Source: Lytechinus pictus
Lineage: Eukaryota
DNA: 64,000 nt
Assembly: GCF_037042905.1 (NCBI RefSeq)
Contig: NC_087253.1
Coordinates: 11,966,001-12,030,000 of the forward strand
Direction of reading: 5' to 3'
Of this stretch, positions 25,890 through 38,934 are shown piece by piece. Made by a program: the position numbers and the translations under genes. The notes under the pieces are model-generated. The model saw only the letters and a list, made by a program, of their open reading frames with translations. It was not told where the DNA came from and searched no databases. The stretch's first letter is position 1; each line of letters opens with the position of its first letter.

Positions 25890-27033
25890 TAGTCTGTGGT
25901 ACAAACAGGGCTTCCATACAAGTACTGAAGGAAACTAATTTTTTCATGTACTGTACCACAGAAAATACACCAGTATAGCGTCTGTGATACACTTTCAGTC
26001 ATATTTCTGGGGTGGCTGCATGAGAAGTACCGCAGGAAATTTTGAAAGTATAGCACTGGGGTTGCCATAGAATTTTAGAAGTGCCTATATTGAGTCCTGC
26101 AGGAAATTTCAAAATTTTCATTTACCACAGAAGTATCACAGGGTTTTCATAGAAGTGTCTTTAATAGGATCGAGTACTGCAGGAAATTTCAAAATGTTCA
26201 TGTACCACAGAAGTATCACAGGGTTTCCATAGAAGTGCTTAGTAATAGGAGTACTGCAGGAAATTTAAAAAATGTTCATATACAACAGAAGTATCGCAGG
26301 GTTGTCATAGAAGTACTGCAGGATATTTTAGAATTTTCATGTACAACAGAAGTACGACATAACTATCACAGAGTGATATTGTATACAGTTATGTACAACA
26401 GAAGTATTACACAGGTACGACAGAGTACCATTAAGGTATTGCATGAAATTTTCATATTTTTACGTACAGAAGTAGAACTATCACAGAGTGATACCACAGG
26501 AGTCCTGTAGTAATTCCTTATACAGTTTTGTACAACAGAAGTATCACACAGGTACGACAGAGTACCATTAAGGTATTGCATGAAATTTTCATATTTTTAT
26601 GTACCACAGAAGTATGACAGAACTATCACAGAGTGATACCACAGAAGTCCTGTTGTAATTCTATATACAGTTTTGTACAACAGCAGTATCACACAGGTAC
26701 GACAGAGTACCATTAAGGTATTGCATGAAATTTTCATATTTTCCTGTACCACAGAAGTATGACAGAACTATCACAGAGTGATACCACAGAAGTCCTGTTG
26801 TAATTCTATATACAGTTTTGTACAACAGAAGTATCACACAGGTACGACAGAGTACCATTAAGGTATTGCAGGAAATTTTCATATTTTCCTGTACCACAGA
26901 AGTATGACAGAACTATCACAGAGTGATACCACAGAAGTCCTGTGGTAATTCTGAGGTACCGTCGTGTATGACAGAAGTATCACACAGGTACAACAGAGTA
27001 CCACTAAAGTACTGCAGGAATTTTTTGTAAGGG
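25890..27033. repeat. Right subterminal repeat array (145-bp tandem unit plus shorter ~65-bp units)
   Basis: A unit starting TACAACAG(A/C)AGTATCACACAGGTACGACAGAGTACC recurs at 26531, 26676 and 26821 (period 145), with a shorter copy at 26394. It uses the same core motif as the left array. Confidence 0.9.
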
Positions 27034-27559
27034 AGGGGCAGCGACAATTAATAAGATTATGAGTTTTATGCCCGGTCCCCCATGCACCACCCCCCCCCCC
27101 CCCAACTTCGGCTCAGCCACCATCCTCAATCTCAAAATCGGAGAGGCCTATTAAAAAATTCGGCTTGGTTTTTTTTTGTATGGTAATTTCTAACTGGGGG
27201 GCAACAATTAAGTATCCTAACAAAATTGACAAAAACGGATCTGGCTCATTACCCCACTAAACAGAAGTCAGTCGCAGTGATATACGTTTCATTAAAGGAC
27301 TTGTCTGATGTTTTATCCGACAAGTCCTGTTCTCAGCCAATCAAAATCAAGGAATTTGTCAGATCTGACAATTATCATGATTATATTGTCAGACAAAAAT
27401 TAATGTTAAACGCTGCATGCATTGGCCATGCATGCAGCTCGGACGTCGGATTAATCTTCTTCTTCTTCTGGAAACAGTGCAGTCCACCGTCTGGTGTATT
27501 GTCGTACTAATCGAGAGCTATAGGACTGCCACAGTCAGCTATAAAAGGTAAAAAGAGAA

Positions 27560-27843
27560 TAACCCAAATATTCGGCAACCCCGCCCTGAGGTCATCTAAG
27601 GTCATCCCGATGCGGGTTGTATTTGCGCGCACTGTGCTTATAGTGAACTTTGACCTTTGTAAACGCACACACATTTTCTTCCGTGCAGCTTGCACAATAC
27701 ATGATACACAATAGGCGGAACTAAGGTGATGACTGCGAAATCGGACAATGTTTTTTCACGAATAGCAGATTGGAGCAGATAGAGACCTTGAATTTTTAAA
27801 AGAAGGAGTTGATGCCAACGAGAAAGTGTTACTGGAATGCACG
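27560..27843 (+). promoter_or_regulatory. Probable UBE2M promoter/5' region with a DR1-type nuclear receptor element
   Basis: CpG-containing segment just upstream of the ATG; TGAACT-T-TGACCT at 27644-27656 (AGGTCA-A-AGTTCA on minus); GC-box-like CCCCGCCC at ~27579. Confidence 0.5.
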
Positions 27844-30800
27844 ATGATTAAATTGTTTTCCTTGAAAAAGCAGGCCGAAGCTGCCGCAGATCGGTCGGAC
27901 GGAGACGGGAAGAGAGCGTCCGCTGCACAGCTGCGACTGCAGAAAGGTGATGTCGAATTGAATGAATGAAATGAAATGAGTGCGTGATCAGCTGAATTGA
28001 ATGTCCATCGCTTTGCTGTTCTGTCTTCGCTTGAATGTTTTTATGACATACTGAACCGTCAAAAAGAAATACCTTCTGAAATTGAAATAAAGTAAATCTA
28101 AATTGATGATTATGAATATGATATAACATTGGAATGCCATGTCAATCAATGATTCAGAATTTCACAAACCTGTTCATTATTATTGATTAGGGGTCTACTC
28201 TAGTATAAAGTATAATAAATTGTCAAATTTCTCAAAATAATGAGGAAATATTTAACTAAAATTAAAAGTAAAAAGAATAAAAATCCAGCCCAAGGCCAGG
28301 TGAGAGTTTCTTAAAGCTGTTTGTAAAATGTAAGTTAAGAGCAACTTTAAGTTTAAGAATAGACAGCAGGCAGCCGTCTGTTTCGAGGAGTTTTTTAACA
28401 TTTTTTTATTTTTTAAATTTCTCCTCATACACAGACGGCTCGCTATCGTGCAGCCACCATCAGGGGACTTACAATGCAAAATCCCCCCGTCGGGGCTCTT
28501 CAATTTTTGTCTTTAATGAATCAATTTTTTGAAAATTAACGCTACCGAAATGCAAATTAATATTCCCTCTTGGCATTAATTGCCAAAAAAGGGGGAAAAT
28601 CAAGTTAAAAGGAACAAAAACAGTGACTTACCTCGGCTGTCGCGCAACTTCACTGCCCTGTTTTATCCGAACTTTATACACATAAACATATGGTCATTGA
28701 GTCCCCTGTACAGATCGCGCTAGAACTTCGGTCTCTGTATTTGGTGAGTGAAGCCAACGGAGTTCAGCTGAACAACCAACATAACAGAGACCGAAGCTTT
28801 TGGTCTACTTTAAGAACAATTGAATTGGTGAACCTTTCTTACCTGCAAAATTATTAATCACAGTTAGAGGGTGAGATCGGTTTGTATTGTCGAATTGTAT
28901 TTATCTATGAACCTTCAGGCGCCTAATGCATATAAAGTGATAAAAATTATTTCACTATAAATGGTAAAAATGAGACGTTTCTTACCAGACCCGATCTCCC
29001 GTAGATCCCTCGATCCATTTGTCGACAAAGCAAAGACAATAGACCTGACCCTTGAATCGCTTCGTGATGACGTACTTCCGACTAGCGATGCCGTTTTGAA
29101 GAACAATGTATAGATAAAAATTATTATTTCACAAATACTAAAATTTATTACGTGATTATAAATAATAACAATACTGCTAATTAAAAATAAATCATGTGTT
29201 AAATTGTAGTATTTGTGAAATGATAATTTTTATCTATAAATTGTTCTTCAAAATGGCTTCGCTAATCGGAAGTACGTCATACATAAGCGGTTCAAGGGTC
29301 GACGCTATTGTATTTGCATTGTGTACATGTGGATCGAGGGATCTACACGACATCAGTCTGGTAAGAAACCTTCATTTTTTTTACATTTTTAGGGACCATT
29401 TTTTAAAACCTTCCTTCGCATTAGGCGTAGGAAGGTGTAGAAATGAATAAAATCAACATATTTTACGTGATTCTTTTATGAAAAGATGGATTTCCTAGGG
29501 AAATCCATCTTTGTTTACCTGGGTCTCATATACATATATGGGCGGGGGTTCAAGACTCCAATGATGAAGAAGTATATGTCAAAGGATTTTAAAAAGACAT
29601 CATCATGGAGTCCTCAAGACTAGATTAAACTACCTTTTTAAATTCGGGCCACTATTTTCATTAAGCTTGAACATAATCTTGTTTTAAAAACAGAATGTGA
29701 AGTTGGTGTAATATTTCTTATTTGTTTTTTTTTTCTCTGTCATGCTCAGATCTTGGGGAGCTGAATCTACCAAAGACATGTCAGATAGATTTCCCTGATC
29801 CTGATGATTTACTTGTTTTCAAACTAGCCATACAGCCAGATGAAGTAAGTGTTTATATTCAATTCTTATATCGGAAACCTTCCTCACATTTGAAAAAATC
29901 AAAACTGGTCACATCTGCATTGATCTTCACTTGTTAATTTGTTACATTCAGGTGGAATTACCCATAGGCCTGTATTCTGAACCTGGACAAAATGCCCATA
30001 TTGCCCCCCCCAAAAAAAAAAAAATTGTTATAGTCTCGCACAATATTTTTAGTATGCAAGTCCAACATTCCATGCAACTTCTTTTTCTAGCTAAAATATA
30101 TGATCGTTTCTTTGACTGCATAGAAACAAGTTTATCAACTATAAATATCAGACATATTTTTTTATGTTAAGGCCACCGCACACCTTGCGATTGGTCTGCG
30201 ACTCAATTTTGGAATAAAACGTAGTAGAATTTGATGCTTATATTGAGACTTGGAATATCTTACTGCGTAATGTTTGAAATCATCGTACGAATCCCTATGT
30301 TCAAATCTGTGACTATGCTAACATCCTTCTTAGAATAAAAGCAAATTTTATATCTAGTCGTAGTGACGTCATAGCAGTCGTACGATTGGCTACGATTTGA
30401 AACTAATTTGGCATTTACTCTAAAATAAAGGCTTACAATCTTACAAAATGGTTAGGCTATATTAGTATTCTTTCAATTAATTTTAACCTCAAATAAAATG
30501 ATATGTTCTATTCACATTTTCAGAAAATTAGCAATATGCGATATGTTCCGAAATCGGATCGTGTTCGGTGGCCTTTACATGTACATCCCCCTTGGCAGTA
30601 TGTTGCACAACAATTTTGTTCCTTCACACGAGGGGGTAATTTTGAAAGGGGGGGATTTCAAGTCCAGAGTTGGTGTTGAAAGCACACTTTGGATTGCGTT
30701 TACTAGCCCCCAAAACCTATTCTGAGTTTACACAATTAATGCCGAATTGCCGATCACAATATTGACTGCTCAACACCTAGTGAGTGACTTTTCAGGACCA

Positions 30801-33800
30801 TCTTCATTTTATGTTTGGAGCAACAACAACAAAAATACACGGTGGCGACGGGCGATTCGCCCCCAAAATCTCTGAAATTGCAAAGGTATAAACCAAAGAC
30901 GAGGGTGAAAAAACCCACATATACTGAAAAATCACCCCATCATAAATTGATGTTTCCTAAACTGTCTAAGTGAAATCTCTTTTTTAGCAACAACCTCCAA
31001 AACTATAAACTTCCATCAACATTCCAAAAGAAAAGAAAGTTTCTTTGACTCAAATTGCAAGCCAGTTTGTTTGCGCTATTTTCTTTGATTGACACACAGA
31101 CACACACAAAGTCAGTAGCAAACTGCAAGGTTATACTAGCAGCCCAGCCAGCTCAGTTAGCTACACATGTAGCAAGGTTAAGGCCACGTGCGCACAGCTA
31201 ATGGTTCTACACTAATACCAGTAGTACTGCTAAGCTTAGGGCGCTTTTCAAAAGTCTGGCTCTGTGAACCTCCACAAAACTGTCAAAATTCACATTTCAC
31301 ACCTATGAAATGCTCTTCTAATGTCCAAATTTCCTTAAAAATTTGGTGTAACTCACTTGCAAGCAGTATAGGGAAATATTATCAACTTCTGTTATAGCTT
31401 AAAAAGATGGAGTTACGATGATATCGTCTGTATCAACACACATTGGTGAGAGTATGTTACAGTCCCATGTATGCATTTGTGTGTGTGTTGATAAGTTACT
31501 TGTCTTTTCTTTATTTTCTCTCTTCATTCTATCCTTTCTTTTTTTTTCCCTCATCTTTTTCCCATACTTTTCTTCATTTTTCTATTCATTCTTTCTACTC
31601 TAGTTTCTTTCCTTTTTTCTTTTACCTTTTTCTTTCCTACTTTCATTCTATTCTCTTTTTCTTTCCTTTCTTTTCCCCCCTATTTTCTCCCCTACATTAT
31701 TCTGTTTGTTCCTTTTTTCTTTCCTGCATTCCTTCATTCTATTCATTCATTCTTTTATTTTTTTTATTTTCTTCCTTTCTTTCCTTCGTTTTATTTCTTT
31801 ATTTTCTCTCTTCTTTCTTTCCTTACTTCCCCCCCCCCTCACCTTTCTTCCATACTTTCCTTCATTTTTTCTTTAGTTTCTTTCTATCCTCACTTTTCTT
31901 TTCCTTTTTTCTTTCCTACTTTCATTCATTCTTCTATTTTTTTTCTTTCAGACTCCATCCTTTTATTCCTCCTTTCTTTCTTTCATCATTTTATTTTTAT
32001 TTTAGAAAACTCACTTTTCATGCCTGCATTTAATAAGTATTACATAAATAAGTGATCATGGGTGTCTGAAACTCTAAATGTCTGCAATGATCTACATGTA
32101 GACTATTATGTTTGACTTTGCTTGAAATTTAAAATTCTACACCCTTTAAAAAAGAACCCCCATGAGCTCCAAAATAGCCACTACAAATATATTAACGGTG
32201 GGTATTTTTTCAGGGGGGGGTAGTCTACAAATGTAGACCCACATCTGCAGTGTGTGTACCACAGCTGATTCAATGAGTCTGCATAGCAGACTAGGTCGAC
32301 TCTACTGTGAATTGGCTCGCTTCGCTCGCCCTTTCAGGCTGGTTTGCTTTGCAAACCAGCAGCAGCACGCGCTGAGATCGCACCTCACGAGCCATTCAGA
32401 GTCGACTAGGGGGGATCTAAAAATAGCCCTCGTAAAAAGAAAAGTTATTTTTTGGTTGGTTTGGAGTTATACTCCTGCCAAAATTGACCAAACACCAAAG
32501 CCAAAGTATCAACACATTTGAAATCACCAATGGTCATAGATATTTCAGACAGCATTTCCAGTGTGCATATGCGTAATGTTAACCTTTATGAATGACATTT
32601 TTTTTTCTCACAGTCCTGAATAAATATTTTGTTGTTGTTGTTAATGGTCTGTTTCTGAAACTGTTATTCTTTTTTTCCTTTCCCCTTTTCTATTCAGGGC
32701 TTTTACAGAAATGGTAGATTTGTTTTTGGTTTTAAGGTAAGTGTGATTTCAGAAATTATGCATTAAAGAATCTAGCATAAACTCTGATCAGAGAATTCAG
32801 AACCACAAGGTTTAAAAATATTAAGTCTTATGATACAGGAACTATTTTATGAACCAAACATTTTGTTGAAAATAATAAGTGGAAATTAAACATTCAGGTC
32901 AACTGACAAAGTGACATGACAAAATGACAGGCAAAGTAATGATTCTACCAAATGGTTATTAGACAAAATTGATATTAGACTAAGTGGGTTTAGCCATTAT
33001 GGTGTTAGACAATCTGAGAATTATGGGTTTAGCCATGATGGTGTCTAGCAGTCTGAGCAAATAGAACATCTACATACAACTATTAGACCAAGTTGGTTTA
33101 ACCATTGAGGTGTTAAATGATCTGAGAAGTATATTACAATTTGCTAGTAGACCAAGTGGGTTTAGCCATGATGGTGTTAGGTGGTCTGAGCATTAGACCA
33201 GCTACTATTAGACCAAGTGGATCTGGCCATGATTGTGTTACTAAGATATGAGAATTAGACCTGGGGCCTGTTGCTGAAAGAGTTGCGATTAAATACAACA
33301 CCAAAATCAAATCTTATGTAATCAAAATACTTGTTAAATTGTTATGCGACTAACCGCGGAATCGCCCAAGCAAATGTTTATTACACTTTAAATGGAAATG
33401 AATGTATGCTTATGTATGCCATTAACAATTTGTCTTTTATATTTTCTCTGTTAGGTATCACCGAACTACCCCCATGAACCTCCTAAAGTCAAATGTGAAA
33501 CAATGGTATACCATCCGAACATCGACTTAGAAGGAAATGTGTGTCTCAATATACTTAGGTAAGAACGAAGTGAAAGAGAGAGGAAAACATAGAGAAAGGA
33601 GGGAGGGGTAGTACATGTATGCATGTAGGGAACTGGGTGGGTCAGGCCCCCCCAAAAATGTTTGCCATAACAGGAAGGAGCAGGCAAAAAAAAAACCCAA
33701 ATTTTTGGAGGCTACTTTTTACAACCTACTGCCTAAATCTGAAACATTGGATACAGTGCAGTGAGTGAATATTATTCTGAGTAACAGAAAAATAAGCTCC

Positions 33801-35952
33801 TACATGTAGATCACCACCACTTCCAAACAAACTTTAGTTGCTTCTGAGGAATACTCTGGGCTGAAAATAACAAACTTCTAAATTAATAAATTTCACCAAT
33901 CAATATGCTGCAAATGTCATCAGAATCTGATAACGAATAATGGAGTTATTTGTTTTCAAATTACTGGTAAAAATATTTTGTAAAAATTGTTATGATTTAT
34001 GAACGCCATCGTGAAGTGGGGAACATCATTAGCTAATCTGTTGCATATTCATGATAATGTTGTTATAGCTTTATTCACAAAATTATGCTAAACCTGACAA
34101 AACATACATTATGCATACACCTGGACAAGCCTGTCTAAGGCTTAAGTCACAACTCAGAGCGGCGACCGACCGATTAGTAGCCTGCTCAGGCGCCGCTGGA
34201 ATTTAGACATCGCCGAACAATTTTTGTAGACGTCGAGCAGGCTTTAAAAATACTTAGCGGTGGCCGAGTAGTGCCCTGTCGATTACCCATTACCCAAGGC
34301 CAAAGCTGGGTCAAATCGGGGAACTTATCTCTTTGGCGTACGAGCAGTAATCCCGGGCGGTCCCCCACCGGCCTATATTTAGGTAATCGCCCGTCCGATC
34401 TTGAATTCGCCGCGAGATCATCGACCGATCTCTGACCGGCCGATAACCTCTCAACAGCTGTTGATCCAACAAGTTCAATTTTCGACCTAAATCGTTCGAC
34501 GGTGACTTCTTGATTACGTTGGCGCCCGGAGGGCGACCGACTGGACGCCGAGTGTATTTCGGGCGGCGAGTGAAAAGTGAGCAGGCGCCGCCAGAATTTT
34601 AGTTTTGCGCTAGATCTTGAGCGGCAACTGAGCGATGCCCCAAAACCATTGGCTAAAAACTCACCACCCGGTCGCCGAGCAGGCTAAAGTTTGGAGTTGT
34701 GACCTTAACCTAAAGTACTGTGTATTTTATTTTTTGCAGTACATGTGCTCTGCTATATCTTTCCCTGTTCTCAATTTGTGTGTCAAGCATATTAAAAAGA
34801 TTTTAGTATGTCTTTTTTCTACCCTGTTTTCAAGATTGTATCAGCTTAATAAGTGAAACCTTTATTATCCTTGGTATAATTCTTTATTTTTCTCTCTCTC
34901 TTTCACAGGGAAGACTGGAAACCAGTTTTAACGATAAATGCAATCGTCTATGGATTACAATTTCTTTTCTTGGTAAGTATATGTTTATGTACAACATCAT
35001 GATTGCAATATCGGCAGGTGTTTACAAGATGGCCATTTGTTAGCCTTTGCGGTTTCGATGTTTTTTTGTTTTTTTCCATTCCATAGGGCACTAATGATAA
35101 CGCCATATCAATAAATTCAGTAAATGGAACTGAGATTGGCATGTCCTGCCTCTCCATTTTAGAAGTGTCTCTGGGGAGCATTTCATGAAAGGATTTAGGG
35201 GATTTTTTTTCTGCAAAACGGACAGATATCCTAGGAACAGTACTTCCCAGTCAATCAGAATCAAAGAAAGTCTTCAGACCCGATGATTTGGAATACAAAT
35301 AAAGTTTATGAAATTCTCAAGTCTCGCTTGTGCACCCAAGTAATGCACGTTTTTTGTTTTGTTTAGGGTTTTTTTTTTGGGGGGGGGGGCAAGGCGTTTT
35401 GAGGAATCTCTGTGCTGGCTCAGGTTATTACCATCATCCAGTTTTCAGTTTTTATACTTACAGGTTCCCAGCCAAGCCGGGGAAATCAGGAAAAATTATT
35501 TTACTTTTTTTTCCAGTCAGGGATAAGTCAGGAAATTTTGAATGCCCCCCCCCAAAAAAAAAAAAAATCAGACTTTGTTACTGTTTTGTTGCATATCGCA
35601 TTTTACATTACAGTGTTTCATACTGCAAATAGTTCACTGCAACAACATTGAAAACATATGACACTGGAAATGAGTTGAAATAATTATTATGGTATTTGAG
35701 ACTTCATGGGAGGAAAATCGGGTAATTTTGTCTTCTTGAAATGCTGTGAACCTTGTACTCTCTCAGGTGTGATTCAGCTTTTTTTTTCTCTCCCTTTCAC
35801 GCAACCAACAGGAACCTAATCCAGATGACCCCCTCAACAAAGAAGCGGCCGAAGCGCTCCAGCAGAACAGAAGACTCTTTGAACAGAACGTGCAGAGGAC
35901 GATGCGAGGCGGCTACGTCGGCAGCACCTATTTTGAACGATGCCTTAGATGA
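27844..35952 (+). CDS. UBE2M: NEDD8-conjugating enzyme Ubc12 (E2), 6 exons, 181 aa
   Basis: Exons 27844-27946, 29750-29844, 32698-32736, 33455-33558, 34909-34972, 35812-35952; GT-AG introns with consistent phases (546 nt). Protein: [10 protein letters not shown] (E1-docking N-terminal peptide)...[13 protein letters not shown]...PDPDDLL...[65 protein letters not shown]...[10 protein letters not shown]. Confidence 0.97.
28911..29436. mobile_element. Foldback MITE in UBE2M intron 1
   Basis: ACCTTCAGGCGCCTAATGC...GCATTAGGCGTAGGAAGGT with ~230-bp diverged inverted arms. Confidence 0.75.
30170..30574. mobile_element. Harbinger-type MITE (TWA TSD)
   Basis: TTA|AGGCCACCGCACAC...GTGTTCGGTGGCCT|TTA; a relative with the same TIR is at 51129-51473. 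Confidence 0.8.
31500..32005. repeat. Pyrimidine-rich low-complexity tract
   Basis: Almost entirely T/C, (TTTC/TTCC/TCAT)n. Confidence 0.9.
32955..33260. repeat. Degenerate ~60-bp tandem repeat in UBE2M intron 3
   Basis: Recurring TATTAGACCAAGTGGGTTTAGCCATGATGGTGTTAG...TCTGAG. Confidence 0.75.
34145..34705. mobile_element. GC-rich Harbinger-like MITE in UBE2M intron 4
   Basis: AGTCACAACTC...GAGTTGTGACCT termini flanked by TTA/TAA; GC-rich island within an AT-rich intron. Confidence 0.65.
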
Positions 35953-36869
35953 ACTTAGACTTGTAGTATTTTAATCTATATTCCCCTTTCCAACTCGCCC
36001 CCTTATCTCTATCTTTTTATCCTCCTCTTTCTCTCTTCCTCCTCCTTTTCTCTCTCTCTCTCCTATACAAATTTTATCATATTCTGCTTGGATATCACAT
36101 TGACATCACCATGTTTTTTATTGTCCTATGTATGTTCCTTCTTGCTCTTGCTGAAAGATTCAGCAAACATTCTTAGAACGTTCAAGAAACGGCCAAACGT
36201 CAAAAGGTTTTGGAAACCCACTAAGAATGCTCAACTGTTTCCGAAATCTCTGAAGGCTTTTGAAACGTCACTTAGAACACATTAAAGAAACAGTCTCAAA
36301 ATGTGTATAGCTTTTGAATATTGTTCTTTGATTGTTCTGGAAACACTCTGAGAAAGCTGGATGAACTCATTGGTGGTGGCGTACCGTGGACTTGCCATGC
36401 CATACTGATACAGAGAGAATCTCATCACCGTATATGTGCATATCTTGTGTGCGTTTTATTTTCATGAAATCACAGAAGTTTCACCGTATTATATGCCAAT
36501 ATGATAATACGGTAGTTCAAAACTTAAGCTGCTGGCTACTGAATTCTGTCATTGTACAGGGCCCACTCAGTTCCAGTGGTAACTGATTAAGAATCACAAT
36601 CCTTAAAATTCAGCTATCATAATTTCCTCAACCAGCCTCAGATTTTGACACATCTCTATACCCATATGTATATGATTTACGAAATACATTCATGGGGGCC
36701 GTTTCATATAGCTGTTCGTAAGTTACGAGCGACTGGTGATCCTTTCTTGTGGTAAATGGTATACACATAGCAAAGGTTAAGCGCGTAAGAAAGGTTCACC
36801 AGTCGTTTTTAAAGTCACTTCTAACTTGCTTGCGAACAACTAGAAACCCACCAGCTCTCAAGGTAATGC

Positions 36870-37505
36870 TTTGAATGCTCCCCAGCGAGTGGAGATTGTG
36901 GCCAACAGTGTGCTTCAAAGCTACCAAAATTATTAATTAAGGCAATAGCAATATAATGCCTTTGGACAGTGTTAGCATGGCTATGTAGAGAAGCCACAAT
37001 CCTCCCCAGGGAGTGGAATGCGCTGTTTATCTACTGAAATCGCAGACTAGGCCATAGGCAATGCTGTGGGACAAAACTGGATGAAGGGGGCAGTTTAAGA
37101 ATGACTAAGAAAACATGTTAGCCACAATCCTCGAACAGGAGTGGACACTGGTTGACTGACAAGGTTTTGCTCCTGAAGTAAGGGTAGTAAAGCGGCTGTA
37201 TTAATGCCATGGGATAGAAACCAGATGAAGGTGTCAGTATAAGCATAAGAAGAAAATCCGCATCCTCCCCAGGAAGTGGAGACTGCGGGTTGGCAGACTA
37301 GTATTGCTACTGATACATGTATATGGGTAATGACACTATTAATGCCTTTGGATAGAAACCTGATGAAGGTGTCAGTGCAAGCATGAGAAGAAAAGCCACA
37401 ATCCTCCCCAGGGAGTGGAGACTGTTGCTACAGTGTGCAGCAGTGCTGATATAGTAGACTAGAATGATATTAAAACTAATGCATTTGGACAGAAACCAGA
37501 TATTG
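36870..37505. repeat. Degenerate ~120-140-bp tandem repeat downstream of the UBE2M stop codon
   Basis: An AGCCACAATCCTCCCCAGGGAGTGGA core and an AATGCCTTTGGA..GAAACC.GATGAAGG block recur about five times. Confidence 0.75.
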
Positions 37506-38934
37506 TGAAGATGTTTGCATGAACAGGATGAAATTATATTATAGTTTGCTATTTTTATTATCACTATTTATGGGATGATGAAGATGGGATCTTTCAAAGG
37601 TGAAATCAAGCAAGAGAAAGTGAATTGGCAATACAATGGATAGTTATGGGTAATTTTCACTCGGTCATTACGCCTCGTGTCCAATATATTTTCTTCTTTT
37701 AACTGACATTGATTAAGTGCAAAGCTCAAATAATGATCTTTATGGATTAAATGTGAGTATTTTCATAAACATATTGATCCAAGAATGATTGTGAATGGCT
37801 ATTATTATTTTCTGATTTCGAGAAGGAAAGAAACAATTTCAAGTCGATTATTTTCAACTCCATAGAATGGGAGTAAGTTGAATCTTTCCTATGAACTAAG
37901 TCAGGTGATATAAATACTCCTCTCCATCTTTTCCTGCTGTCATGTTTGCCTATTTCTGCACACTCCCAAAGTATATAGTACTTCTGTTTACCTCATTTTA
38001 ATATTGATCTTTTGTTCTCAGCTATGAAAGTTCAGGTTTTAGGCCCCAAACAGTTTTAGTCAAATACTGGCTGAAAATTTTGTGTTATACAAATCAAACA
38101 TGCAAGATTTTACTTTTGTGCAGTCATGTTCCATTGCTGTACATGTGTCATTAATGCAGCTACTATTTATTAAAGGTAACTCACATGAACAGTGGTTTTG
38201 TTTATACTGTAACCCTAGTAACACGTGTTGATTTTAGTTTCCTGTGACAAAAGTACCCTTTCATTGTTTGACTCGTTCTCAATTTGTGCTCTTGGTATTT
38301 TATGCACAAAATATGCCAAACCCATCGCTTCGGACTCCATATGCACCCTTTGTGAATTTGTTTGGGCCATAGCATTGAGCATATGGGTTCAATACCTGCT
38401 CTTGTGCACAATACCAAGTCCTTTGGAGAGGAAGGAAAAAACAGCAGTCCCTCGGTTGCTAACTTGCTTTGTGCCTACATGCATCGCATATGGTTTTTAT
38501 AGCAGCCTTGGGGCAATATACTACAAGCTAAATTTTAATTTACTAGTAAATGAAAAACAAAATTTTATGAGATTTCATCTGTCTAGCTTCTCAAAGTTGG
38601 CACTAGACGTTCATGAATATTTTAAAGAGTGATGAATTTCATTATAATTATCTTGGTGCCACTACCACTTATAAAGACAAAGTCTAATGATTCTGTTATA
38701 CGGCATCTAGTTAGTGTCTATTGAGTTTCAGGGCCCCGTCTTCCAAAGAGTTGCAATTGATCCAATCAACCACAACTGAAAAGCCAGCAACACCAACATC
38801 TGAAATGCATGTTCAAAATGTTTTCTAGGTATGGTGTATGTAATACTCATTCTTCCATCGCTATCTTGACAATTCAGTGTACTCTATGTTGACAAAAGAA
38901 TTGTGCAAGTTTCTAATAGTAAAATTTATGACAA

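Larger units (their letters stand above)
15353..27033. mobile_element. 11.7-kb non-autonomous CACTA/CMC-like DNA transposon with subterminal repeat arrays
   Basis: The left end CCCTTACAAAAAATTCCTGTAGTACT matches the reverse complement of the right end AGTACTGCAGGAATTTTTTGTAAGGG (26 bp, 1 mismatch). AG flanks both sides (15351-15352, 27034-27035). Both subtermini are built from a GTA(T/C)(C/G/T)(A/G)CAG(G/A) motif. No transposase ORF is seen. Confidence 0.82.

Noticed and set aside
31443-32033. 196-aa Phe/Ser-rich ORF
   Set aside because: Low-complexity pyrimidine tract inside UBE2M intron 2.
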